64,000 bases of DNA from Stegostoma tigrinum (Eukaryota). The position numbers and the translations under genes are program-made. The stretch's first letter is position 1; each line of letters starts with the position of its first letter. The DNA lies in NCBI RefSeq assembly GCF_030684315.1, contig NC_081359.1:36900470-36964469 (forward strand), in the 5' to 3' direction. Shown one piece after another: positions 25,945-36,915 of the stretch. The notes beneath the pieces were generated by a model, which did no database searches, was not told the DNA's origin, and worked only from the letters and a program-made list of their open reading frames with translations.

Positions 25945-25980
25945 AGCTGACGTTTCGGGCCTAGACCCTTCATCAGAGAG
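25945..25980 (-). ncRNA. Minimal type-I hammerhead ribozyme motif (best-preserved copy)
   Basis: The minus strand reads ctct-CTGATGA-A-GGGT-CTAG-GCCC-GAAA-CGTC-agct. This gives a full catalytic core, a 4-bp stem II, a loopless palindromic ACGT stem III and a GUC cleavage triplet. Confidence 0.75.
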
Positions 25981-26203
25981 GGGGATGGGGTGAGGGTTCT
26001 GGAATAAATAGGGAGAGAGGGGAAGGCGGACTGAAGATGGAGAGAAAAGAAGATAGGTGGAGAGGAGAGTATAAGTGGGGAGGTAGGGAGGGGATAGGTC
26101 AGCCCAGGGAAGACGGACAGGTCAAGGAGGTGGAATGAGGTTAGTAGGTAGCTGGGGGTGTGGCTTGAGGTGGGAGGAAGGGATGGGTGAGAGGAAGAAC
26201 AGG

Positions 26204-27568
26204 TTAGGGAGGCAGAGATAGGCTGGACTGGTTTTGGGATGCAATGGGTGGAGGGGAAGAGCTGGGCTGGTTGTGTGGTGCAGTGGGGGGAGGGGACGAA
26301 CTGGGCTGGTTTTGGGATGCAGTGGGGGAAGGGGAGATTTTGAAGCTGGTGAAGTCCACATTGATACCATTGGGCTGCAGGGTTCCCAAGCGGAATATGG
26401 GTTGCTGTTCCTGCAACTTTCGAGTGACATCATTGTGGCACTGCAGGAGGCCCATGATGGACATGTCATCTAAAGAATGGGAGGGGGAGTGGAAATGGTT
26501 CGCGACTGGGAAGTGCAGTTGTTTATTGCGAACCAAGTGGAGGTGTTCTGCAAAGCGGTCTCGAAGCCTCCGCTTGGTTTCCCCAATGTAGAGGAAGCCA
26601 CACCGGGTACAATGGATACACAATACCACATTGGCAGATGTGCAGGTGAACCTCTGCTTAATATGGAAAGTCATCTTGGGGCCTGGGATAGGTATGAGGG
26701 AGGAGGTGTGGGGGCAAGTGTAGCATTTCCTGCGGTTGCAGGGGAAGGTGCCGGGTGTGGTGGGGTTGGAAGGCAGTGTGGAGCGAACAAGGGTGTCACG
26801 GAGAGAGTGGTCTCTCTGGAAAGCAGACAAGGGTGGGGATGGAAAAATGTCTTGGGTGGTGGGGTTGGATTGTAGATGGCGGAAGTGTCGGAGGATGATG
26901 CGTTGTATCCGGAGGTTGGTGAGCTGGTGTGTGAGAACGAGGGGAATCCTCTTTGGGCGGTTGTGGCGGGGGCGGGGTGTGAGGGATGTGTTGCGGGAAA
27001 TGCGGGAGACGCGGTCAAGGGCGTTCTCGACCACTGTGGGGTGAAAGTTGCGGCCCTTAAAGAACTTGGACATCTTGGATGTGCGGGAGTGGAATGTCTT
27101 GTCGTGGGAGCAGATATGGCGGAGGCGGAGGAACTGGGAATAGGGGATGGAATTTTTGCAGGAGGGTGGGTGGGAGGAGGTGTATTCTAGGTAGCTGTGG
27201 GAGTCGGTGGGCTTGAAATGGACATCAGTTACAAGCTGGTTGCCTGAGATGGAGACTGAGAGGTCCAGGAAGGTGAGGGATGTGCTGGAGATGGCCCAGG
27301 TGAACTGAAGGTTGGTGTGGAAGGTGTTGGTGAAGTGGATGAACTGTTCGAGCTCCTCTGGGGAGCAAGAGGCGGCGCCGATACAGTCATCAATGTACCG
27401 GAGGAAGAGGTGGGGTTTGGGGCCTGTGTAGGTGCGGAAGAGGGACTGTTCCACGTAACCTACAAAGAGGCAGGCATAGCTGGGGCCCATGCGGGTGCCC
27501 ATGGCCACCCCCTTTGTCTGTAGGAAGTGGGAGGAATCGAAAGAGTAGTTGTTGAGGGTGAGGATGTG
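26204..27568 (-). CDS. PLE polyprotein, C-terminal part: RT (QTKGVAMGT, RYIDD), linker, GIY-YIG endonuclease; no true start codon
   Basis: About 450 codons with no stop. Motifs KGVAMGTRMGPSYA, LRYIDDC, FLDL, CNRRKCYTC and NVVLCIHCTRCGFLYIGETKRRLRDRFAEH. The ORF-track start codon lies in the TSD/flank. Confidence 0.85.
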   Translation of the reverse strand, partial: HILTLNNYSFDSSHFLQTKGVAMGTRMGPSYACLFVGYVEQSLFRTYTGPKPHLFLRYIDDCIGAASCSPEELEQFIHFTNTFHTNLQFTWAISSTSLTFLDLSVSISGNQLVTDVHFKPTDSHSYLEYTSSHPPSCKNSIPYSQFLRLRHICSHDKTFHSRTSKMSKFFKGRNFHPTVVENALDRVSRISRNTSLTPRPRHNRPKRIPLVLTHQLTNLRIQRIILRHFRHLQSNPTTQDIFPSPPLSAFQRDHSLRDTLVRSTLPSNPTTPGTFPCNRRKCYTCPHTSSLIPIPGPKMTFHIKQRFTCTSANVVLCIHCTRCGFLYIGETKRRLRDRFAEHLHLVRNKQLHFPVANHFHSPSHSLDDMSIMGLLQCHNDVTRKLQEQQPIFRLGTLQPNGINVDFTSFKISPSPTASQNQPSSSPPPTAPHNQPSSSPPPIASQNQSSLSLPP

Positions 27569-27804
27569 TTCCAATTATTAACCTATTTCCTATGGATTTC
27601 TGTATTTCATTTGCACCTCAAAAAACATTTTGATATTTTATTCAATTTTTTGATAACTCCCAGTTGTGAACATACAGTCCAAGTTGCAAAATTGCTGTTT
27701 AAATTTACTGAAGTAAACAGTACTGTTTAACTGAAACGTACTCTACTGTTTGGATCGTTGTCTTTTATATCAAAATTATGTTGCTACATAGTACACAAAA
27801 TGAC

Positions 27805-28045
27805 ATTATAGCTCAGTGGTTGGCACTGCTGCCTCAGATCACTTGGGACCAAGGTTCAAACCCAGCCTCGGGCAACTGTCTGTGTGGAGTTTGCACATTC
27901 TCCCAGTGTCTGTATGAGTTTCCTACCACAGTTCAGGGTTCTGCAGGCTCGGTGGGTCAGCATTATAGCATGGAATGGTCTTCAGAGGATCAGTGCAGAC
28001 CTCATAGGCTGAATGGCCTCTTTTAACACAGTCGGGACTCTATGA
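27805..28045 (+). mobile_element. HE1-type SINE (internally deleted)
   Basis: agctcagtggttggcactgctgcctcag...ggttcaaacccagcctcgggcaactgtctgtgtggagtttgcacattctccc. Confidence 0.8.
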
Positions 28046-29595
28046 ATTCAGCTTACTTACTGGAATAAAAAAAAAACAAGTTGATCTTTGATAGTGTTTA
28101 TTATGGATAGCTACTATTACAAAGCACAGGACATAAATTTGGTCTGAGGCAGTGAAGGAAAATGGATTTATAGAGAATCAAAAGCCTCTTTCAAATCTCC
28201 TTCTCTAATAACATTACGAAATTCCTTGTATTGATTTATTTTGCTCGTGTCTTTGCCTTGCATGTTTGCATTTTTGTCAAAGTGGTCTTGCATGTCCAAC
28301 TTTTTAATTCGTGCTCCTTTTGTTGTTTATTGCGTGAATAAATTGCTTCCATTTTGCTCTTCCATTTCAGTTCTGACTGGTTTGCTCACTTTATCACTGA
28401 CATATTGAAATCTCCCATGATAACTACATTTTCATTCTCTGATGCTTAAGCAACTTGTTATCTCTCTGTTCACCTTGAGCTGGAAGTCAAAATCAAATGC
28501 AAGTTGCCCCTTATCAATAATGACTTGTATTGCTTCAACCATCTGCTTTTGCTATTACTTGCAGTTTACTAACTGATGTTATGTCATCTGATACTAATAA
28601 CATCATTTCCCTGCCCAGACTGTTCATTTTATCTTTGCTGATTCTCTTTATCGTTTATGCTCATTTGTCACAACCAGTTCACTGCTGATGATCCCAAGAA
28701 GGCAATAATTGTAAAGAAGATATAACATATCAAGGTTTAGGCACCTCATGTTCCAAATGCACATTGAAAAATTGTCAGTACAAGTCTGTGTGAGTGAATT
28801 CACAAAATGTATCCTTTCCGCATCCAGCTTCAAGAGTTGACAGGATATTGAGAACTAAAGTTTTGCACCATATCAAAGTCAAGGGTCTGTTGAAAGTTCA
28901 TAGACCCGAAATGTTAACTCTTTTCCCTCCTTTGATGCTGCCAGATCTAAAGAGTATTTCTGACAGTTTCTGTTCTCATATTAGTAAACGATCACACTGC
29001 ATCCAGCTAACACCAGCCGAAAAAGATTTTATGTCACAAAATTACTTAAAAGTAGGCTTGGTGTGACACACATGACTATCATGTTCTTGTATCAGAGGTA
29101 TAAATGTATGTTATAAGCATATACTGTCAAGTATATTGTAATCTTAAAATCAACAATTAGTGAGTCCACTAGGTCTGACGTGATGTTGCTTATTGCTATG
29201 TGCAAGTAGAGTGCTGCAAATGATTTTCCTCCAGGGAAGAGGGACGAGAGTGTATAACCTTGCTGTAAAATTCCAGTTTACAACACTTACTTTTTGGATG
29301 TTAAAAGGTCTTGTTTCAAAATTGGTGTTTGTGGCTTTTAGGTACACAACTGCTATGAGTCACCTGGTGGCTTCTTCATCAAAATTTAAGTAAATTAAAT
29401 TGTAACCGATGTAGGCAGAGTGCACCAGCATGATATCAATCTGTCCAAGCTGTCGATTCAGCATCCTCACTTTCATTTTGGAACTTAATATTCCAGATGA
29501 TGGCCTCTGTTAGACACACACAATTAAGAATTTCTTCCGTACTAGTATTTTCTTTAAGAACTCATCCGTTTATTTCAAATTAGTTGCTAACTGGT

Positions 29596-29940
29596 TAGAA
29601 CATAGAACATAGAACAGTACGGCACAGTACAGGCCTTCACCACACAATGTTGTGCCGAACTTTTACCTTTATCCTAAGGTACATCTAACCTCCATCCTTA
29701 CATTATACTCTCATTCATATGCCTATCAAATAGCAGCTTAAATGCCCATAATGAGGTCAACTCCACTACCCTCTCTGGCAATCATTCCACGCCCCTAAAA
29801 CTCTCTGAGTAAAGAACTTACCTCTGATGTCTCACCTATATCAACCTCCATTCACTTTAAAACTATGTCCCCTCATAATAGCTACCTCCACCCTATGAAA
29901 ATGTCTCTGGCCGTCTACTCTGTCTGTACCTCTGATCACA
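29596..29940 (-). mobile_element. CR1/HER1 3' end
   Basis: (tagaaca)n tail, then cagtacggcacagtacaggcc...ctccactaccctctctggcaatcattccac. Confidence 0.8.
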
Positions 29941-32090
29941 ACTGGAAGGAGTTTCACTCACTCTATGTTCAGTGTGGCATATAACTATATGCAACAATTA
30001 ATGTAAGTCAATGCTGAGTTTCCTGATGTCTTTGTTATAGAATAAAATCATAAAATGCTTACAACACAATATAGGGCCAACAACAATTCAGATACACCGA
30101 CTTTTCCATTTATTAATACCAAAACCTGAAATTATTTTCTACTCAGGTGCTGAGCAATTCCTCGCTGAAAGCTACAACTGATTCTGCCTCCATTATCTTT
30201 TCAGGAAATTTGTTGCACAACATACCCACTCACTGTGTAAGCAAGAAGTCTTGCTTATGTCACCAAAGTTTCATTTGCCATTCACCTTAAATCTATGCCC
30301 TTTTCTAGTAAGACCCACATTTCAATGACTGCTTGTAGGTCTTATATGAGCCATGCAGTTCTGGAAATTTACAACAAAAGCTCACTCATGACAGAAGCAT
30401 CATTAGTTTCTTGGATAGGTTATCACTGGGCTTCTTCAATCAAAAGAGAATCCAACTCTCAAATGAGGAGCCCAATGAACACTGGACACAGAGGCTGAAA
30501 AAAAAGTGTTCAAATGGCATTATGTAGCAAAAATTCAACTGAATGCAGAATATTCTCAGAGCCTGTTGACTACCTAAAGGACAAGAAATCACCTGACCAG
30601 AGGAAACAGACCCCTCACGTAACAATATACCACATGTAACAACAATGTGAAACCCAAAACAATCTAATGTTACATTATCTTGTTATGGGTGTGATTCCAA
30701 AAACTCGTATCAGCCCAAACAAAACTATCCAGCCTCTTATGAGCAATACACTCATATTGAGGACAAGGAGGACACTTCTCATAGAAATGTAATAGTCTGA
30801 AAGTCATGTTGACCATTAAAACAAACCTGTTTCAAAGCTAACGTGTATATTCATGCTTTGGAATAGCATCTTGAAGAAGATTTCAACACTGCAAAGGAAC
30901 ATGTATTTTCATGAGGTGTAGCTACCTACAGAGAAGCTATATTACTCTTCTACAGGATGTTGAGACCAAAACATATATTTGTACTCAATATGAAAGATTA
31001 CTGGTTACTTATAACATGCGTTTTCAATGTGGTTTCAACATGCAACAGTCCGTTAAATATTTGAACTGCAGAAAGTTTCAGATCAGATGCTAAAACAGTC
31101 ATTTCTACTAAACATGGGGCATCATCTAAGATAACTGTGACACTGGCACCAGCATCCAGATTAAATCTGTGCAGATAACAGTTTACTTAGATGACCACTG
31201 TCAAAACAACTTCATGGCTGCCCTCATCTTCCTGCACAATGTGTATAAATTCACATTCACTATGAAATGTGATGTTCAGTACAGAAATCTCAAATTATTC
31301 ACCAGGCTAGGAAAGCTGGAAAAAACCTATTAAACTATTTTAAAGACTAATTCCAGACCAGTCGATCTCTTTAAACTGAGGAAGATCCTTCACTCATCAA
31401 CTGAAGAAAAAAGTACAGAAATAATTGAATAATTCGGCCGCTACTGAGTCATCACTCTGGTGGCTGAACCTACAGAATGACACAGGGATATGATTGCATT
31501 TCTCAAACTCGGCAACTCTATATGAATTTGAGTTGTTCTCATACAAATCTAGAAAGCAATTGGTTCAGTGTACATCCATTATCTACAGCTGTTAAAATCT
31601 GGATAAGTTTTGACCAATAGCATGTTGTCAATATTGCATGTCAATAATGGGTTTGGACAGCTCCCTATGGCTGAGACCCTTGAATCTCCACCACCTTAAT
31701 TTCCCTTATTGGATGATACTTTTTCAATAACATAGCTTTTGTTGTAGCTTTTGCCTTAAAGTTTTTCCAACTCATGTTGTCCGAAGCTTTACAACATGGC
31801 ATGATAAGCCACATAGATAATATACAATACATGCTGAAAGCTCCTAGTTCAATAACAGCACACAATGTTCTGTACATTTTACAAGCATCAAGTCTTACGT
31901 TGACTGACAAATGTGACTCTTCTTTTAATGTTATAAAGCCAGAGAGATGTACGGCACAGAACCAGATCCTTCGGTACAACTTGTCTATGCTGACCACATG
32001 TTCTAAAGTAATCTGGTCCAATTTGCTATAATAAAATGTGAGGGTGGATGAACACAGCAGGCCAAGCAGCATCTTAGGAGCACAAAAGCT

Positions 32091-32118
32091 GACATTTCGG
32101 GCCTTGACCCTTCATCAG
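32091..32118 (-). ncRNA. Minimal hammerhead motif
   Basis: The minus strand reads CTGATGAAGGGTCAAGGCCCGAAATGTC. Confidence 0.6.
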
Positions 32119-33711
32119 AGAGGGGGATGGGGTGAGGGTTCTGGAATAAATAAGGAGAGAGGGGGAGGCGGACCGAAGATGGAGAGAAAAGAAGATAGGT
32201 GGAGAGAGTATAGGTGGGGAGGTAGGGAGGGGATAGGTCAGTCCAGGGAAGACAGACAGGTCAAGGAGGTGGGATGAGATTAGTAGGTAGATGGGGGTGC
32301 GGCTTGGGGTGGGAGGAAGGGATGGATGAGAGGAAGAACAGGTTAGGGAAGCAGAGACAGGTTGGACTGGTTTTGGGATGCAGTGGGTGGAGGGGAAGAG
32401 CTGGGCTGGTTGTGTGGTGCAATGGGGGGAGGGGACGAACTGGGCTGGTTTAGGGATGCAGTTGGGGAAGGGGAGATTTTGAAACTGGTGAAGTCCACAT
32501 TGATACCATTAGGCTGCAGGGTTCCCAGGCGGAATATGAGTTGCTGTTCCTGCAACCTCCGGTTGGCATCATTGTGGCACTGCAGGAGGCCGATGATGGA
32601 CATGTCATCTAAAGAATGGGAGGGGGAGTGGAAATGGTTTGCGACTGGGAGGTGCAGTTGTTTGTTGCGAACTGAGCGGAGGTCTCCCGCATTTCCCGCA
32701 ACACATCCCTCACATCCCGCCCCCGCCACAACCGCCCAAAGAGGATCTCCCTCGTTCTCACACACCACCCCAACAACCTCCGGATACAACGCGCCATCCT
32801 GCGACACTTCCGCCATCTACAATCCGACCCCACCACCCAAGACATTTTTCCATTCCCACCCCATCTGCTTTCCAGAGAGACCACTCTCTCCATGACTCCC
32901 TTGTTCGCTCCACATTGCCCTCCAACCCCACCACACCTGGCACCTTCCCCTGCAACCGCAGGAAATGCTACATTTGCCCCCACACCTCCTCCCTCACCCC
33001 TATCCCAGGCCCCAAGATGACATTCCACATTAAGCAGAGGTTCACCTGCACATCTGCCAATGTGGTATACTGCATCCACTGTACCCGGTGTGGCTTCCTC
33101 TACATTGGGGAAACCAAGCGGAGGCTTGGGGACCGCTTTGCAGAACACCTCCGCTCAGTTCGTAACAAACAACTGCACCTCCCAGTCGCAAACCATTTCC
33201 ACTCCCCCTCCCATTCTTTAGATGACATGTCCATCATGGGCCTCCTGCAGTGCCACAATGATGCCACCCGTAGGTTGCAGGAACAGCAACTCATATTCCG
33301 CCTGGGAACCCTGCAGCCTAATGGTATCAATGTGGACTTCACCAGTTTCAAAATCTCCCCTTCCCCAACTGCATCCCAAAACCAGCCCAGTTCGTCCCCT
33401 CCCCCCACTGCACCACACAACCAGCCCAGCTCTTCCCCTCCACCTACTGCATCCCAAAACCAGTCCAACCTGTCTCTGCTTCTCTAATCTGTTCTTCCTC
33501 TCACCCATCCCTTCCTCCCACCCCAAGCGGCACTCCCATCTACCTACTAACCGCATCCCACCTCCTTGACCTGTCCGTCTTCCTTGGATTGACTTATCCC
33601 CACCCTACCTCCCCACCTATACTCTCTCCACCTACCTTCTTTTGTCTCCATCTTCGGTCCGCCTCCCCCTCTCTCCCCATTTATTCCAGAACCCTCACCC
33701 CATCCCCCTCT

Positions 33712-33739
33712 CTGATGAAGGGCCTAGGCCCGAAATGTC
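33712..33739 (+). ncRNA. Minimal hammerhead motif
   Basis: CTGATGA-A-GGGC-CTAG-GCCC-GAAA-TGTC. Confidence 0.65.
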
Positions 33740-36694
33740 AGCTTTTGTGCTCCTGAGATGCTGCTTGGCCTGCTGTGTTCATCCAGCCTCACATTTTATT
33801 ATCTTGGATTCTCCAGCATCTGCAGTTCCCATTATCTCTCGTCCAATTTGTTAGTTTTTTGCCCATATCCCTCTCAAACATTGCTATTCATATACCTATC
33901 CAGATGCCTTTTAAATGTTGTAATTGTGCCAGCCTCCACCACCTCCACTGGTAGCTCATTCCATACATGCACCACCTTCTGCGTGCAACAGTTGCCCCTA
34001 AGGTCCCTTTTAAATCTTTCCTCTCTCACCTTAAACCTATGCACCCTTGTTTTGAATTTCCCTACCCTTGACAATTCACCCTACCAATGCCTCTCATGAC
34101 TTTATAAACTTCTACAAGGTCATCCATCAGCTTCCAATGCTCCAGGGAAAATAGCCCCAGCCCATTCAGCTTCTTTCAATAGTTCAAATCCTCCAACCCT
34201 GGCAACATTCTTGTAAATCTTTTCTGAACTCTTTTGTGTTTCACAACATCTTTCCTATAGCAGGGAGGCTAGAATTGAATGCAATATTTCAAAAGGCATC
34301 TAATCAATGTCATATGTAGCCATAACATGATGTCCCAGCTCGTATACTCAATGTATTAACCAATAAAGGTAAGTGTATCAAATGCCTTCTTCACTATCTT
34401 GTCTAACTTGGACCCCACTTTCTGGTCCTCTCCTGATTTTCCCTACTAAACTGCAGCATTACCTAAATTAAACCCCTCTGCCACTCCTCAGCACATTTGC
34501 CCATCTGACCAACAGTGATTCCATTCATTTCCTAGATGACGTAGCCCACAAAAATGGGATACAAGCCGATCACCAGAAAATGAAGGCAGTCAAAGACTCT
34601 GCAATGTCACACATCAATGAATGAACTTCAACAATTTCTGGGTTTGATGAATCGATACTTTTACCAGAAATCTTTTCTGTCATAGAATCTTTATGAATCT
34701 CTTAAAGAAATCATAAGATTGGTATTGCTATACGCAACAATGGCTGGCATTTCAGAAGATTAAGGACATGCTAACCTCCACTGGTGTCTTAGCTCATCAT
34801 GTGCTATGGTTGTTGCAGCAGACATATCAACCACAGTTATTGGTGTGCACTTTTTTTCAGGAACGGAAAACATTATTGAAAACCCTGTACTATGCTTCAA
34901 GGGTGATAGCAGAAAGCCAAAACACCAGTGTTGAGAAAGAGGCATTAATAGTTATATGCTGTGTCTCAAAACAATAATTGCAACTGATCACAAAACCTTG
35001 GTCTCCCTGCTCGATGAAAATGACTTTTAAAAAACACCTCTTCATATATAAAACTTTTGCCTCAGATGCAAACAATTCTCAAGCAAGATTCAATATGTCC
35101 AAGACACATACCAATCATTGGCCAACACTGCTTTACGAATTATGGTTGATGCACCCACATAAAATGACTCTAATTTTGGGGTTGAAGCACTGTCTTCCCG
35201 TAGAGAATGTATAATCATGGCCAGTCTCTATAGAAAAACTTAATTAGAAAGGAACAAAGCAAGGATCTTGAGTGCTTTATTACGTAAAAGTATTGCATCC
35301 CAAAAAGACTTGGAGTTCAGCCCATGGAATGTATCATAAAGTCTTACTTTAAACACAGTTTTCAATTCTTTATTGTCATGAATTTATTGGTTTTCAATGA
35401 TCGACTGGTAATTTCCCCTTCAGTCTTTAAAACGTTCACCAAACATACTTAGGCATAACCAAGAGCAGGGTAAGAGCATGTGAGACCATCTGGTGACCTA
35501 GAATCTTGAAAGAGTTAGATGACCAATTTATCAATGAGATACATTTGCTATGTACAGTTATGAATGACAGGAACTTTTCATTCCTACTGAATTTCCTGAT
35601 AGATCTTGGATCCATTTGGGCATGGAACTACTTTTGTATATCCTTTAGAGAAGTATTTCCTTCCTTGATTTGGCCATGTTACTCCAGACCCAGAGCATTA
35701 TTGACAAGGTGAGCCCAGCATTCTGGTATTGGTGGATTCAAAGCAGGCAACAGTGAGGCAGTGGCTGTGGAGATTTGGCCTAATGGCATAAGATGGTGTT
35801 TGAAGAGTGGCATCTTTGATGTTGGTGGGGCCCAATGTAGATGATGGCAAGTCATTGGAGGAGGGATGGTGGTGTGGGTGTCGTTAATGAGCTGGCTTAG
35901 GGCTGATGGATTCTGTTTCAGCTGTGTCTTCCTAACTTTTCTCTTAGTCTTAAAACTGTTCAAAATGGCACAGGATTGTGGTGATATTGGAAAAGCTTTT
36001 CACTGTATCTTATTATTTTTCTCACTATAAAATACATGTGACAATAAAATCATTCATTCAAGGTGCTGTAAATGCTGTCAGGCATAGGTAACAAATACTG
36101 GCGTAATCAGCATACCGGCATCCTATGAACGTTTTCTTCAATTGTCAATGTGGTCAATTGTTACTTTAGATGGTTTGAAGCTAACAACTTGAAATCAGCA
36201 AACACTGAAAGGATTATCACAGCCATACAGAAGATGTTTGCCATTCACAGTATTCCAGATGCTGTTACTTCCGACAACAGACCATCGTTTGCTAATGAGA
36301 TATTTTAAACAATTGCAATGATTCTGGTCTACCAACAAATTACAAACATACCTAGCAGCTCTGCTGAAAATTTGTTGAAAGTAAATCATATTTTTCCTGC
36401 TCTTTTCTGCTCATTCACCACTCTAATCAAATTTCTTGTTCCCATCAAATCTGATGGTAGGGTACAAATTGAAAATTCAACTCCCTACTTTGTTCAGCAG
36501 CTTGATTCCAAGAAAACGAATAGAGTGATTCAGATTGTTTCTGAGAAAGAATGCTATTCCTGGAGTAAGCACCTGCGAGACTGCAATAATCATTTACACA
36601 TCTTAATGTTGGTTGTATCAGATCATAGCCAACTGGTCTAGATAACAGGAAGGCCACAGTCAGAGAGTAACTCTGTTTGGTCTGGAAGGCCATA

Positions 36695-36915
36695 CTGGAT
36701 GAATTAGCTTAGTTGGCTGGATGGCTGGTTTACGGCGCAGACTGATACAAATGGCATTAATTTAATTCCCACGCTGGAAGACATCACATGTACATCCTGC
36801 CTTCTCAATTTGACACCTTGCCTGACATGTGGTGACCATCAGGTTAAACTTGCCAGCAGTTGCCACTCTGTATCAGAGGACAGCCCTCTGGGACTAAGGC
36901 AACTTTACCTTTACC
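36695..36915 (+). mobile_element. Putative tRNA-headed SINE (family unassigned)
   Basis: tagcttagttgg A-box-like head, gtggtgaccatcaggttaaac core, and a 3' end ctgggactaaggcaactttacctttac. Confidence 0.4.

Larger units (their letters stand above)
25885..27568 (-). mobile_element. Young 5'-truncated Penelope-like element (family A)
   Basis: Perfect 12-bp TSD ttccaattatta at 25873-25884 and 27569-27580. Uninterrupted ORF, purine-skewed 3' region and an intact hammerhead motif. Confidence 0.95.
32029..33840. mobile_element. Fold-back Penelope-like element (family A), young
   Basis: Minus arm 32029-32683 is joined to plus arm 32684-33840 (GIY-YIG frame NVVYCIHCTRCGFLYIGETKRRLGDRFAEH). 13-bp TSD gtccaatttg(c/t)ta at 32016-32028 and 33841-33853. 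Confidence 0.95.
31930..34510 (-). mobile_element. CR1/HER1 3' region split by the PLE at 32029-33840
   Basis: The tail at 31930-32028 continues at 33841. ORF 33874-34074 HRFKVREERFKRDLRG...VHVWNELP...FKRHLDRYM is the CR1 ORF2 C-terminus. Confidence 0.85.
30330..36620 (+). mobile_element. Ancient Gypsy LTR-retrotransposon internal region (gag-pol), interrupted by CR1 and PLE
   Basis: Plus-strand degenerate motifs occur in the correct order: VAEPTE*, GFGQLPM, TTLISLIG*YFFNNIAF...KFFQLM, HIDN...LTLTDKC (RT). After the insertion come GIQADHQKMKAVK, ELQQFLGLMN, AFQKIKDMLTSTGVLAH, YYASRV...EKEAL (RNase H) and HSIPDAVTSDNRPSF (integrase). Confidence 0.75.

Noticed and set aside
26204-26335. 39-bp periodic repeats resembling a CRISPR array
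   Set aside because: There are no unique spacers, the context is eukaryotic, and the repeats lie in frame within the PLE ORF.
26234-27523. Long plus-strand ORFs overlapping PLEs (also antisense or alternative-frame ORFs at 32362-33556 and 55389-57498)
   Set aside because: They are antisense or shifted frames of stop-poor PLE sequence, with no independent protein motifs.
31170-31470. VYLDD and SLWWLN motifs suggesting a DIRS element
   Set aside because: Downstream motifs follow Gypsy RT-RNase H-integrase order, and the true RT catalytic region maps to ~31800. These short matches appear coincidental.
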